From Chlamydiota bacterium (lineage in GTDB: Bacteria > Chlamydiota > Chlamydiia > Chlamydiales > JAAKFR01): a DNA stretch of 61,197 nt. The notes below the pieces were generated by a model, which saw only the letters and a program-made list of their open reading frames with translations, searched no databases and had not been told where the DNA came from. Location of the stretch: positions 1 to 61,197 of the forward strand of contig JABDDZ010000002.1 in NCBI GenBank assembly GCA_013287335.1, written 5' to 3'. The translations under genes and the position numbers were made by a program. Below, piece by piece: positions 29,505-38,426 of this stretch (its first letter is position 1; the number at the start of each line of letters is the position of its first letter).

Positions 29505-30524
29505 GTGGGTCGATATGCGTATATTGATGGGATGGTTCCAAAAGCTTATAAATTCTTAGAACACATAAGAGTTGTCAAAAACTTTTCGCTCCATACAGTC
29601 CGCAACTATGCGATCGATCTCAACGATTTAAAGAGCTTTCTCGAGCAGGAAATCTTAAAACTCCCTCCCGAAAAAATGCCGGCCAAAATCTCTTACGACT
29701 CTGCTTATGTAGAAGATGATGCAAATGATCAAATCCCCCTTGACCTAATCCAGAAGAGTACACTCCGCCTCTATCTTACTTTTCTTAAACAACGAGGGGT
29801 GCAAAAACGCTCTGTTGTAAGGCGGCTCTCCTCTTTGCGTTCCTTCTTCTCTTTCTGTGTGCGCAATGGATGGATTGCAAAAAACCCCTTTTTAGAAATC
29901 GAAAGTCCAAAGCTTGGCAAAAGAATTCCTCTCTCCTTAAACTATAGCCAAGTCCAGACTCTCTTTGATGAGCCAGATACAGGAACCTACCTCGGCTTTC
30001 GCGATAGAACGATCATGGAGCTTTTTTATAGCTCAGGATTACGTGTGAGCGAACTTGTTGAGTTAAACCGCTCCGACTTTGATCCAAAAAGCCTTCTTGT
30101 CCGTCTACGTGGAAAAGGTAAAAAAGAGAGGATCGTTCCCATTACAAAAAATGCCTCAGACTGGATATTAGCCTACCTTGAACATTCAGAAAGGCATAAG
30201 GATATGGACGGCCATCTGGCTGAGACCGACGCGAACGCAATTTTTTTAAACCGCCTTGGAACTAGACTCACCACAAGGTCCGTTGATCGTAAATTTGACA
30301 AATACCTCCTATCTTCTGGCCTAGCAGGCAAGATCACCCCGCACACAATTCGTCATACCATTGCTACCCACTGGCTTGAAAATGGAATGGATCTTAAAAC
30401 CATCCAGACGCTACTTGGCCATAGCTGTCTTGCTACTACAACGATTTATACCCATGTCTCTACAAAATTAAAGAAAGATGTTTACGACAAAGCCCATCCT
30501 CATGGCTTCAATCAAGAGCCTTGA
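29505..30524 (+). CDS. xerC: Tyrosine site-specific recombinase XerC/XerD
   Basis: The catalytic residue contexts are SGLRVSEL (R), HTIRHTIATH (H-x-x-R), LLGHSCLATT (H) and TTIYTHV (Y). The ORF starts at a GTG; an alternative ATG lies at 29532. Assignment as C versus D is unresolved. Confidence 0.8.
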   Translation: MGRYAYIDGMVPKAYKFLEHIRVVKNFSLHTVRNYAIDLNDLKSFLEQEILKLPPEKMPAKISYDSAYVEDDANDQIPLDLIQKSTLRLYLTFLKQRGVQKRSVVRRLSSLRSFFSFCVRNGWIAKNPFLEIESPKLGKRIPLSLNYSQVQTLFDEPDTGTYLGFRDRTIMELFYSSGLRVSELVELNRSDFDPKSLLVRLRGKGKKERIVPITKNASDWILAYLEHSERHKDMDGHLAETDANAIFLNRLGTRLTTRSVDRKFDKYLLSSGLAGKITPHTIRHTIATHWLENGMDLKTIQTLLGHSCLATTTIYTHVSTKLKKDVYDKAHPHGFNQEP

Positions 30525-30591
30525 GCTCTTTTTCTCTCTCTGATATTCTTAATCCCTTTTTATAATCGATTATATACCCTTAGTTGCAAAA

Positions 30592-32181
30592 ATGAGTATC
30601 GTCCTTAGTCAAATTTCAATGTATTTCGGGAGCAAACTTCTATTTGAAAATGTCGAGGTTGCCTTTAACCCCGGCCACCGCTACGCCCTAACGGGCCCTA
30701 ATGGCTCAGGAAAATCCACTCTTATAAAAATCCTTGCAGGAGAAGTGGAACCCATAACGGGGAGTATATCAAGACCTGATAAAATCGGAGTGTTAAAACA
30801 AAACATCTCGGATTATCAGGATTTTACACTTATTGAAACTGTCATTATGGGCAATCAAAGGCTTTGGAAGACTCTCCAAGAAAGGGAAGCTCTCTATGCC
30901 GAGGAGATGACAGATGCGGTAGGAATGAAACTGGGCGAACTTGAGGAAGTTATCGCAGAAGAAGATGGGTATATGGCTGAGTCGGCAGCGGAAGAACTTC
31001 TTTCAGGAATGGGTATCTCTGAAGAGTTTCATAATGAGAAAATGCGGCATGTCCCAACAGATATGCAGTTCCGTACTCTGCTAGTCCAGGCCCTTTTTGG
31101 ACATCCCCAAGCACTCTTGCTCGATGAACCTACAAACCACCTCGACCTTGAATCTATTGGCTGGCTTGAACATTTTCTCTATCAATATGCGGGCACTGTC
31201 ATTGTTATTAGCCACGACCGCCATTTTCTTAATTCTGTTGCAACGGAAATTGCCGATATCGATTACGACACAATCATCATGTATCCTGGAAATTATGATG
31301 AGATGGTTGTCACAAAGACATCAGTACGGGAACGATCAGATCAGGAAGCGCGCTCTAAAGAGAAGAAAATTGCCCAGCTTAAAGAATTTGTAGCCCGTTT
31401 TGGAGCCGGTACCCGTGCAAGCCAGGTGCGTTCCCGTGCAAAAGAGATGGAAAAATTGCAGCCCCAAGAGCTTAAAAAATCTAATATCCAACGCCCCTAC
31501 GTCCGTTTTATCCCTTCGGAAAAACAGGCTGGAAAAATTGTCTGCCGCCTCGAAAATCTCTCCAAAGCCTATGATGACAACCAAGTGATTAAAGATTTTT
31601 CTTTAGAGATCTCCCGCGGGGATAAAATTGGGGTCATTGGAAATAATGGCCGTGGCAAAACCACCCTCTTAAAAATGATTGCGGGAGTTATTGCTCCGGA
31701 CAAGGGATGCGTTGAATTGGGCCATCAGGTGCTGAAGGGATACTTTGCCCAAAATCATTCTGAAATGATAACAAAGGGGGGGAATGAGACTCTCTTTGAC
31801 TGGCTCCGGGAAAGAAAGGTCGGAATTTATGACCAGGAGATCAGAGGAGTTCTTGGCAAGATGCTCTTTGGAGGAGATGACGCCTATAAAAAGGTAGAAA
31901 ACCTCTCCGGAGGAGAGACAGCAAGACTGATCATAGGCGGGCTGATGCTTCAAGAGCATAACTTTCTCATATTCGATGAACCCAATAACCATCTTGACCT
32001 CGAAGCTGTCTCAGCACTTGCCTGGGGGCTCAATGAGTATAAGGGAACTGTGATTGTTGCTTGCCATGACCGTGACCTCATCGATCATGTCGCCACCAAG
32101 ATCATTGCTTTTGAAAAGGATGGCATCCATCTTTTCGATGGTCCTCTAGAAGAATATTTAAAAAGTTCCAGGCCAACTTGA
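30592..32181 (+). CDS. ABC-F family ATPase (two ABC domains, no transmembrane domain)
   Basis: 529 aa with two Walker A motifs (GPNGSGKST, GNNGRGKTT), an ABC signature LSGGE in the second ABC domain (the first domain's signature position is degenerate), and two Walker B motifs (LLLDEPTNHLD, LIFDEPNNHLD). Confidence 0.9.
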   Translation: MSIVLSQISMYFGSKLLFENVEVAFNPGHRYALTGPNGSGKSTLIKILAGEVEPITGSISRPDKIGVLKQNISDYQDFTLIETVIMGNQRLWKTLQEREALYAEEMTDAVGMKLGELEEVIAEEDGYMAESAAEELLSGMGISEEFHNEKMRHVPTDMQFRTLLVQALFGHPQALLLDEPTNHLDLESIGWLEHFLYQYAGTVIVISHDRHFLNSVATEIADIDYDTIIMYPGNYDEMVVTKTSVRERSDQEARSKEKKIAQLKEFVARFGAGTRASQVRSRAKEMEKLQPQELKKSNIQRPYVRFIPSEKQAGKIVCRLENLSKAYDDNQVIKDFSLEISRGDKIGVIGNNGRGKTTLLKMIAGVIAPDKGCVELGHQVLKGYFAQNHSEMITKGGNETLFDWLRERKVGIYDQEIRGVLGKMLFGGDDAYKKVENLSGGETARLIIGGLMLQEHNFLIFDEPNNHLDLEAVSALAWGLNEYKGTVIVACHDRDLIDHVATKIIAFEKDGIHLFDGPLEEYLKSSRPT

Positions 32182-32774
32182 AAAAGGAGCACCCCCCTTC
32201 TCCCCTCTCAAATGCTGAGAAAAAAGAGAGAATTGCCCATAATGTGCGGGAGATTTTAGAGGTTTTAGGCCTTGATCTTACCGATCCCTCTCTAGAAAAG
32301 ACACCTAGCCGCGTTGCTTCGATGTATGTCGATGAGATTTTTTCCGGCTTAAATCCTAACTCCTTTCCTCCGATTACTCTTATCAACCAGGATCCATCGA
32401 TTACCGAGATAGTCATTGTAAAAAAGATATTTCTCATCAGTTTTTGCGAACACCATCTTGTCCCCATGGTGGGAATGGCCCATGTCGCCTATTTGCCCAA
32501 AGGAAAAGTTTTAGGCCTATCAACAATCCATCAAATTGTCCGTTATTTTGCAAAGAGGCCTCAGTTGCAAGAGAGGCTGACCGCTCAAATTGCACTCTCT
32601 TTGGCAGAAGTATTGGGAGTTGAGGATGTAGCTGTCTCAACTATCGCAAAACACTACTGCGTCATTGCACGAGGTGTCGAAGATAGTGGAAGCGAAACTG
32701 AAACGCATGTGCTTCGTGGAGTCTTTGAAAAGGATCCTACCTATAGAGCCTCCTTCTTCCAATCCGTAACTTAA
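32178..32774 (+). CDS. folE: GTP cyclohydrolase I
   Basis: 198 aa with the FolE active-site block FCEHHLVPM and the C-terminal block HYCVIARGV. Confidence 0.88.
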   Translation: MKKEHPPSPLSNAEKKERIAHNVREILEVLGLDLTDPSLEKTPSRVASMYVDEIFSGLNPNSFPPITLINQDPSITEIVIVKKIFLISFCEHHLVPMVGMAHVAYLPKGKVLGLSTIHQIVRYFAKRPQLQERLTAQIALSLAEVLGVEDVAVSTIAKHYCVIARGVEDSGSETETHVLRGVFEKDPTYRASFFQSVT

Positions 32775-32784
32775 GCAAGCAGAA

Positions 32785-32800
32785 TCGGGCACGGGCACGA
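32785..32800. repeat. Solo arm of the GGGCACG repeat family
   Basis: TCGGGCACGGGCACGA is followed by TTAGACTTTTTATTAAAATTCTT, which resembles the first about 25 nt of the MITE core. It lies just 3' of rnpB. Confidence 0.6.
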
Positions 32801-32828
32801 TTAGACTTTTTATTAAAATTCTTGTTAA

Positions 32829-33228
32829 AGGAGGGGGAGGGAGTAAGCCGGATTCTGTTCTTCCATAAAGGAAGCGACGATCATTCCTCTAGGGGCTTTG
32901 TTGCCAAAGCCCTCAAGCGACTTTCAAGAAGGCGCGCCCTCCGGAGAAAAGGGAAGAATATCTTGGCCTTCTTTTGTCTTGCTTCAGATAGGGTTTACAG
33001 GAGCTTATGTCTCCATAAGCTCGAAGACTCACAAAGTCTTCATTTTCAGCCTTTCTCTTGAGAAAACTCAAGAGCGGTGTGTTTTCTGTTGTACTTTCCG
33101 TAGCCTTACGGCCCCCAGCATTTCACTGGTATCCTCTCCTGCGAAGTCCGGACTTTCCTCTCCCCAATCAAGCGCTAAGAGTAAACTCTTGAAGCTTTTT
33201 TGGGCAGCGACCGCCTTCCTCCCCCAAA
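32829..33228 (-). ncRNA. rnpB: RNase P RNA (bacterial type A)
   Basis: The minus strand carries universally conserved blocks in the correct order: GAGAGGAAAGTCCGGAC (CR-I), AGTACAACAGAAAACACACCGC, GTAAACCCTATCTGAAGCAAGACAAAAGAAGG, CCTAGAGGAATGATCGTCGC and ACAGAATCCGGCTTAC. The 5' GGGGGAGG can pair with the 3' CCTCCCCC to form P1. The ends are approximate, within about 5 nt. Confidence 0.88.
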
Positions 33229-33241
33229 GAATAGACTAATT

Positions 33242-34048
33242 TTATGCTGCTGAAGTAGATGCAGAACGGCGACGACGACGGCGAGGTGCAGCAACCTCTC
33301 CCTCTACAGCAGTTTCAATCTCTTGCCAGTAGAGGATGCGAGAGCAGTGCTCGCAAAAAACAAGACGGTCCCCCTTTCTGACTAAATTTTCGTGCTGGGC
33401 TGTTAAAACGATGTGGCAGCCGCTACATGTTCTCTTTTCAATAGGTACAACCACTCGGTCTTTTTTATTTTTCAAAAGCTTTTCATAGACAGAGAATATT
33501 TCGGCCATTGTTTGAGGAATCAGTTCTTTTCTCTGCTCAAGGAGCATTTTCCCCTCTGCATTGATATTTTGTATGCTCACAGCGATCTCTTTCTCAAGAG
33601 AGAGTGAGCTCTCTTCTGTCGTTTGCAAAGATTCTTTAAGATTTAAAAGTAGATCCTCTTCAGAAGCGAGTTTATCTACGAGATCTGAGAGCTTCAGCTC
33701 AATCTGAGTTTTTTCACGCCCGACAGTTGTAATCTCTTGGGTAAGGGCGTTAAATTCATCCATCTTCTTTACAGCGCTCTGCTGATCTTCAAGCTTGGCA
33801 ACCTTTTCATGGATTTCTTTAATACGGGTCTCTCCATGACGAATCTCTTTTTTGGTATCTAAAATCGTCTCGCTCTTTTCTGCAACGCGCTTTGCCATAT
33901 CACTTTTTAAGGCTTGAATCTTGAGGAGCTCTCTCTCACGTTCTTTCTTGACTCGCATGAGTCGAATCATTTTAATATCGAGCTCTTGAATATCTAAAAT
34001 TGCTTTTAGAGCCTCTTGAAATGCCTCAGTCATAGAAGAATCCTTCAA
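33242..34048 (-). CDS. Coiled-coil protein with a C-terminal C4 zinc ribbon (COG1579/DUF164-like)
   Basis: 268 aa of long heptad-rich sequence followed by CSGCHIVL...FCEHCSRILYW and an Arg-rich tail. Confidence 0.7.
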   Translation of the reverse strand: MKDSSMTEAFQEALKAILDIQELDIKMIRLMRVKKERERELLKIQALKSDMAKRVAEKSETILDTKKEIRHGETRIKEIHEKVAKLEDQQSAVKKMDEFNALTQEITTVGREKTQIELKLSDLVDKLASEEDLLLNLKESLQTTEESSLSLEKEIAVSIQNINAEGKMLLEQRKELIPQTMAEIFSVYEKLLKNKKDRVVVPIEKRTCSGCHIVLTAQHENLVRKGDRLVFCEHCSRILYWQEIETAVEGEVAAPRRRRRRSASTSAA

Positions 34049-34160
34049 TAGATTACTTTTGTTTTGGTAGGGGAATGTTAGCCCTCTTTTGGATAAAAAC
34101 GCAAGGGAAAGATATCTATATAAAAATTATTATACATAGCTTACCTCGCAGAAGAAGAAG

Positions 34161-34184
34161 AGAAGGTCGGGCACGCCCGACCTT
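34161..34184. repeat. Perfect 10 bp-stem hairpin containing one GGGCACG unit
   Basis: The sequence is GAAGGTCGGG-CACG-CCCGACCTTC. It lies in the divergent intergenic region between the zinc-ribbon gene and glyA. Confidence 0.7.
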
Positions 34185-34274
34185 CATTCTTAATTTGAGG
34201 CCTAAATATTTCGCTTTATTTGACTTTTTGATTCAAAAGCCCTACCCTTCTGCTTTTTAAAGAGGAGTCGCGGC

Positions 34275-35762
34275 TTGAGTTCTGATAATTTATCCTACTA
34301 CTTAAACCAGGTCCCAAAAAATGAACAGAAAAGCGAGGTCATCGCCTATCTGGCTTCCCTGGATTTTCTCTCAAAAAATTCTCCGCTGATTGGAGAGAGC
34401 ATTATCCGTGAGCTCAGGGATCAACGCTCCTATTTAAAACTCATCGCCTCTGAAAACTTCTCCTCCATCGCCGTTCAATTGGCGATGGGAAACCTTCTCA
34501 CCGATAAATACTCTGAAGGGTACCCTCACCACAGGTTTTATGCGGGCTGTGAAAATGTCGATACCATTGAAGAGGAAGCTGCAAAGCTTGCAAGATCCCT
34601 TTTCAACTCTGATTATGCCTATGTGCAGCCCCATTCTGGGGCTGATGCAAATCTCGTTGCATTCTGGTCTATAATCATTCAAAACGTTCAAAACAAAGAA
34701 GTCGAAAAATTAGGAAAGAAAAGTATCGACGAGCTCTCTCCCGAAGAATATGAGAAAATCAGAAACTTGCTCTGCTCACAAACCATTTTGGGCCTCTCTC
34801 TAGATTCTGGCGGACACCTCACGCATGGATACCGCCATAATCTCTCAGCCAAAATGATGCATGCAGAAAACTATCATGTCGATCCTAAAACCAGCCTTCT
34901 CAATTATGAAGCGATCCGTGAGATGGCTAAAAAACATAAGCCACTTATCCTCTTAGCCGGCTACTCCTCTTATCCCCGCCTAATCAATTTTGCAAAAATG
35001 CGGGAAATTGCTGATGAGGTGGGGGCTGTTTTAATGGTCGACATGGCCCATTTTTCGGGACTCGTCGCCGGGAATGTCTTTAAAGGAGAGTACTGCCCTA
35101 TTCCCTATGCACAAATTATCAGCTCTACTTCACATAAAACTTTAAGAGGTCCAAGAGGGGGATTTATCCTCAGCACAAATGAGTATGCCGAGACCATTAA
35201 TAAAGGTTGCCCTCTTGTTCTAGGAGGTCCCCTTCCCAATGTGATTGCAGCAAAAGCCATTGCCTTCAAAGAGGCCCAAGAGCCCCAATTCGCCTCTTAT
35301 GCAGAAAAGATCGTAAAAAATGCCCAGACTCTTTGCCAGACACTTGCTGAAAATGGAATCTCTCTTCTTACGGGTGGAACAGATAATCATCTTCTCGTCA
35401 TCGATTTAACTCCTCTTGGATTAACAGGCCGTCAAGCTGAGACGGGGCTTCGCGAAGCGGGGTTGACTGTCAATCGCAATATGATCCCAAAAGATCCTAA
35501 CGGCCCCTGGTATACCTCTGGAGTACGTATTGGGACTCCTGCTGTCACAACATTAGGGATGGGAAAAGAGGAGATGGTCCAGATTGGAAAAGCAATTGCT
35601 GCAATTTTAAAAACGATGAAACCTGAGATGTCAAAAAAAACGGCTACCCAAAGCCGCGCGCTTGCAAAGGTCGATGAAAAAATTCTCCATCAGACAAAAG
35701 AAATGGTGGGAGATCTGCTACGCAAATTTCCACTTTATCCCGAGATTCTTTTGGCTCCTTAA
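34275..35762 (+). CDS. glyA: Serine hydroxymethyltransferase (long chlamydial-type form)
   Basis: 495 aa with a TTG start preceded by AAAGAGGAG. The PLP-Lys block is SSTSHKTLRGPRGG; GYPHHRFYAGCE is also present. Confidence 0.93.
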   Translation: MSSDNLSYYLNQVPKNEQKSEVIAYLASLDFLSKNSPLIGESIIRELRDQRSYLKLIASENFSSIAVQLAMGNLLTDKYSEGYPHHRFYAGCENVDTIEEEAAKLARSLFNSDYAYVQPHSGADANLVAFWSIIIQNVQNKEVEKLGKKSIDELSPEEYEKIRNLLCSQTILGLSLDSGGHLTHGYRHNLSAKMMHAENYHVDPKTSLLNYEAIREMAKKHKPLILLAGYSSYPRLINFAKMREIADEVGAVLMVDMAHFSGLVAGNVFKGEYCPIPYAQIISSTSHKTLRGPRGGFILSTNEYAETINKGCPLVLGGPLPNVIAAKAIAFKEAQEPQFASYAEKIVKNAQTLCQTLAENGISLLTGGTDNHLLVIDLTPLGLTGRQAETGLREAGLTVNRNMIPKDPNGPWYTSGVRIGTPAVTTLGMGKEEMVQIGKAIAAILKTMKPEMSKKTATQSRALAKVDEKILHQTKEMVGDLLRKFPLYPEILLAP

Positions 35763-35830
35763 ACTGCACTTGAATTTCCCTTACATTCTTAGTATAGTCG
35801 AAAATAACCATCGAATCGAAGAGGAATATT

Positions 35831-36418
35831 ATGCCAGAAGAGACAGAAGAACCAACGAAAACCCTACAAGACAAAATTGAAAAGACCATTCTTGATGCAA
35901 GAAGGATCTTTTTTGCGGAGGCCGTTGATAACCAGACTGCTAGGGAAGCAATCCAAAAACTCTGGTATTTAGAGCTTAACGACCCTGGAAAGCCTATACT
36001 CTTTGTCATCAATAGCCCAGGTGGTGCTATCGATAGTGGTTTTGCCGTTTGGGACCAGATCATGATGATCACCTCTCCTGTCACGACTCTTGTGACTGGC
36101 CTTGCAGCCTCCATGGGTTCTATTCTAAGCCTCTGCGCAAAACCCGGAAGACGTTTTGCGACTCCCAATGCACGGATTATGATCCACCAACCCTCTCTTT
36201 CGGGAGTTATGAAAGGTCAAGCGACAGATTTGAGCATCCAGGCCAAAGAGATCATTAAGACCAAGGAAATCCTTATTGAAATCTACTGCAACGCCACAAA
36301 ACAGCCAAGAGATGTGATTGAAAAGGCGTTAGATAGAGATAAATGGATGGGGGCTGCCGAAGCTTTAGAATTTGGGCTCTTAGATAAAATCGTCACCTCC
36401 TACGCCGAACTCTATTAA
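35831..36418 (+). CDS. clpP: ATP-dependent Clp protease proteolytic subunit
   Basis: 195 aa with the catalytic Ser GLAASMGS, the catalytic His IMIHQPS and the Asp context ALDRDKWM. Confidence 0.93.
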   Translation: MPEETEEPTKTLQDKIEKTILDARRIFFAEAVDNQTAREAIQKLWYLELNDPGKPILFVINSPGGAIDSGFAVWDQIMMITSPVTTLVTGLAASMGSILSLCAKPGRRFATPNARIMIHQPSLSGVMKGQATDLSIQAKEIIKTKEILIEIYCNATKQPRDVIEKALDRDKWMGAAEALEFGLLDKIVTSYAELY

Positions 36419-36423
36419 TTAGT

Positions 36424-36486
36424 TTCACCACAGACTAGCTTTAGGATTTTTTGGATCACAAGCTAAGAAATCAGGGCAACGCCCTG
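36424..36486. repeat. Copy of the CACAGACT...TTTAGGATTTT repeat followed by a CAGGGC-AA-CGCCCTG REP-like hairpin
   Basis: TTCACCACAGACTAGCTTTAGGATTTTTT (36424-36452) matches the reverse complements of 49231-49259 and 16247-16270. The hairpin at 36472-36486 matches the one at 16100-16114. Confidence 0.65.
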
Positions 36487-36503
36487 AGAAAATTTATTGT
36501 GCG

Positions 36504-37367
36504 TTGATGGAAGAGATTGCTTTTCATAAGTATTCGGGAGCGGGAAATGAGTTCATCATTACCTTCGATCCTCTCTCTTTAAACTCTATTCCCCTTCTCT
36601 GCGATCGGCATGTTGGAATTGGCGCCGATGGGCTCATCCTTCTTGAAAGCTCTACATGCGCCGATTACAGGATGCGGATCTTTAATTGCGATGGAAGTGA
36701 AGCTTCCATGTGCGGAAATGGCCTGCGTTGTGTAGGGGCCCACATCATGAAGCTGGGTGTAAAAAAAGAGGAGTGCACCATTGAAACCCCCAAAGATCCT
36801 CTTTTAAAAATCCATCGCTGCGCAAATCAAGGCAAAAAGATCTTTGCCGAGATGGGCGCTCCGATCGAAATTGCTCTTGGAAAAGAACTCTTTTGTGAGG
36901 GTGAAAGAATATCTTATGATTTTGTCAATACCGGTACTCCTCATGCCCTCTTGTCAGTGAACGATGTAAAAAGCGTTAGTCTCCCATCAATGGGCGCTAA
37001 AATTCGCTTCTCTCCCGATTTTTTGCCAGAGGGAGTAAATGTCAATTTTGCAACCCTCAAGGATCAGGGAATCATAGCCCTCCGTACCTATGAAAAGGGT
37101 GTAGAGAATGAGACCCCGGCTTGCGGAAGTGGAGCCGTAGCTGCAGCCCTCTGCTTTGCATTGCGCTACTCTCTGCCCTCTCCAATTGATGTAGAGGTTA
37201 CTAGCGGAGAGAAGCTGATTGTAACATTTGTTTTTGAAAATAACCGTTTTTCCCAAGTGGGTTTGATAGGATCGGCTGACTATCTCCATTCAGGAGAATT
37301 TCCCTTGGGAATTATTTCCCTTGGGAATTATTCCCCTTGGGAATTATCAATTTTTAAACTAGAATAA
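36504..37367 (+). CDS. dapF: Diaminopimelate epimerase
   Basis: 287 aa with both catalytic Cys contexts (NCDGSEASMCGNGLRC and TPACGSGAVAAA). The last about 20 codons run through a 3 x 16 bp tandem repeat. Confidence 0.88.
   Translation: MMEEIAFHKYSGAGNEFIITFDPLSLNSIPLLCDRHVGIGADGLILLESSTCADYRMRIFNCDGSEASMCGNGLRCVGAHIMKLGVKKEECTIETPKDPLLKIHRCANQGKKIFAEMGAPIEIALGKELFCEGERISYDFVNTGTPHALLSVNDVKSVSLPSMGAKIRFSPDFLPEGVNVNFATLKDQGIIALRTYEKGVENETPACGSGAVAAALCFALRYSLPSPIDVEVTSGEKLIVTFVFENNRFSQVGLIGSADYLHSGEFPLGIISLGNYSPWELSIFKLE
37301..37348. repeat. Tandem direct repeat, 3 copies of a 16 bp unit
   Basis: TCCCTTGGGAATTATT occurs twice, followed by CCCCTTGGGAATTATC. The unit is not a multiple of 3, so each copy is read in a different frame at the dapF 3' end. 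Confidence 0.9.
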
Positions 37368-37395
37368 AGCATTCCTAATACCCAGCTTACCTTAT

Positions 37396-38418
37396 ATGGC
37401 AAATACTCCAGAAAAGATAGAACAGCCCAAAGCACAAAACCCACTCATTTTGCGGGCCCACCGTTTAATGGACGCTTTTGCAAAATCCAATGACGAGCGC
37501 ATCTTTTATCTCGATCGTTTGGAGGGGTTTATTATTTTTGTTGATCTCGACAAAAACTCAGAAGACCTTGAAAAGCTAGAGTCGGAGATTAAAAAAAATG
37601 CAGAACGCTACTGCTTAATCCCTAAACTCTCCTTCTATGAGACAAAGAAAATCATGGAGGGATTTGTCAATGAAAAGGTTTATGATATCGACACAAAAGA
37701 AAAGCTACTGGATGTCATAGGCTCTAAAGATGCGCGGCACAATTTTTTAGAGTTCATCTACGACCAGGAGAGCGAGCTGGAAAAATGGCAACAGTATTAT
37801 CAAGAACGCTCAAGAGTGCGCATTATCGAGTGGCTCCGCAATTACCAGTTCCAATTTGTCTTTGAAGAAGATCTTGAACTTCCAAAGGCGATGATCGAAA
37901 AATTAAAAACTCATCTTTTTGAAGTGAAGGTTCCAAAAGATATCGCTGCTGGACGCCAGGCTCTTTTTGCCAAAGCTAAAACCTACTACTCCAATGAGGC
38001 GCTTAATCCCCGGCCCAAAAGAGGCCGGCCTCCTAAACAGGTTGCAAAGATTGAAATTGAAGCTGTTGTAAGCGGTGATATCTATACGCAGGTGCCTATT
38101 GCCGCGCGCCGTTTTTTATATATTCCTGAAATTTCAAGCGCCACATCCATTACCTTTTCCGACAAGTTTGATACTGAAGAGGCATTCCTCGCCCATCTTC
38201 GGGGCACCCCTGAAAAGTCAGAAGAGAGCCAATTGGAAGCTTTGGCACAGAAGTTTGCCAATCTTAGAAAACTCTCCAATCAATTGGCCGGCATTGAGGG
38301 CAATATAGCAACTGTCTCATTTGGCGAAGATGATGATGATGAGGAAGATGAAGATGAGATGCTGGACGAATCCGAAGCTGACTCCAAAAAAAAGAGCCGC
38401 AAGCCTAAAAAGAAATAA
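37396..38418 (+). CDS. UPF0158-family protein with an AT-hook and an acidic-then-basic tail
   Basis: 340 aa with the N-terminal block LMDAFAKSNDERIFYLDRLEGFIIFVDLD, typical of UPF0158. It also has the AT-hook PRPKRGRPPKQ and the tail GEDDDDEEDEDEMLDESEADSKKKSRKPKKK. Its position next to dapF matches the chlamydial UPF0158 gene. Confidence 0.65.
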   Translation: MANTPEKIEQPKAQNPLILRAHRLMDAFAKSNDERIFYLDRLEGFIIFVDLDKNSEDLEKLESEIKKNAERYCLIPKLSFYETKKIMEGFVNEKVYDIDTKEKLLDVIGSKDARHNFLEFIYDQESELEKWQQYYQERSRVRIIEWLRNYQFQFVFEEDLELPKAMIEKLKTHLFEVKVPKDIAAGRQALFAKAKTYYSNEALNPRPKRGRPPKQVAKIEIEAVVSGDIYTQVPIAARRFLYIPEISSATSITFSDKFDTEEAFLAHLRGTPEKSEESQLEALAQKFANLRKLSNQLAGIEGNIATVSFGEDDDDEEDEDEMLDESEADSKKKSRKPKKK

Positions 38419-38426
38419 AAAAAACT

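Noticed and set aside
29505..30524. Tyrosine recombinase considered as the integrase of a prophage or genomic island.
   Set aside because: Its size and motifs fit chromosomal XerC/XerD. There is no adjacent tRNA, no att-like direct repeats and no phage genes, and its neighbours are housekeeping genes.
32822..33239. Two overlapping plus-strand ORFs of 79 and 113 aa.
   Set aside because: The region is fully explained by RNase P RNA on the opposite strand. Neither ORF has a recognisable motif or RBS.
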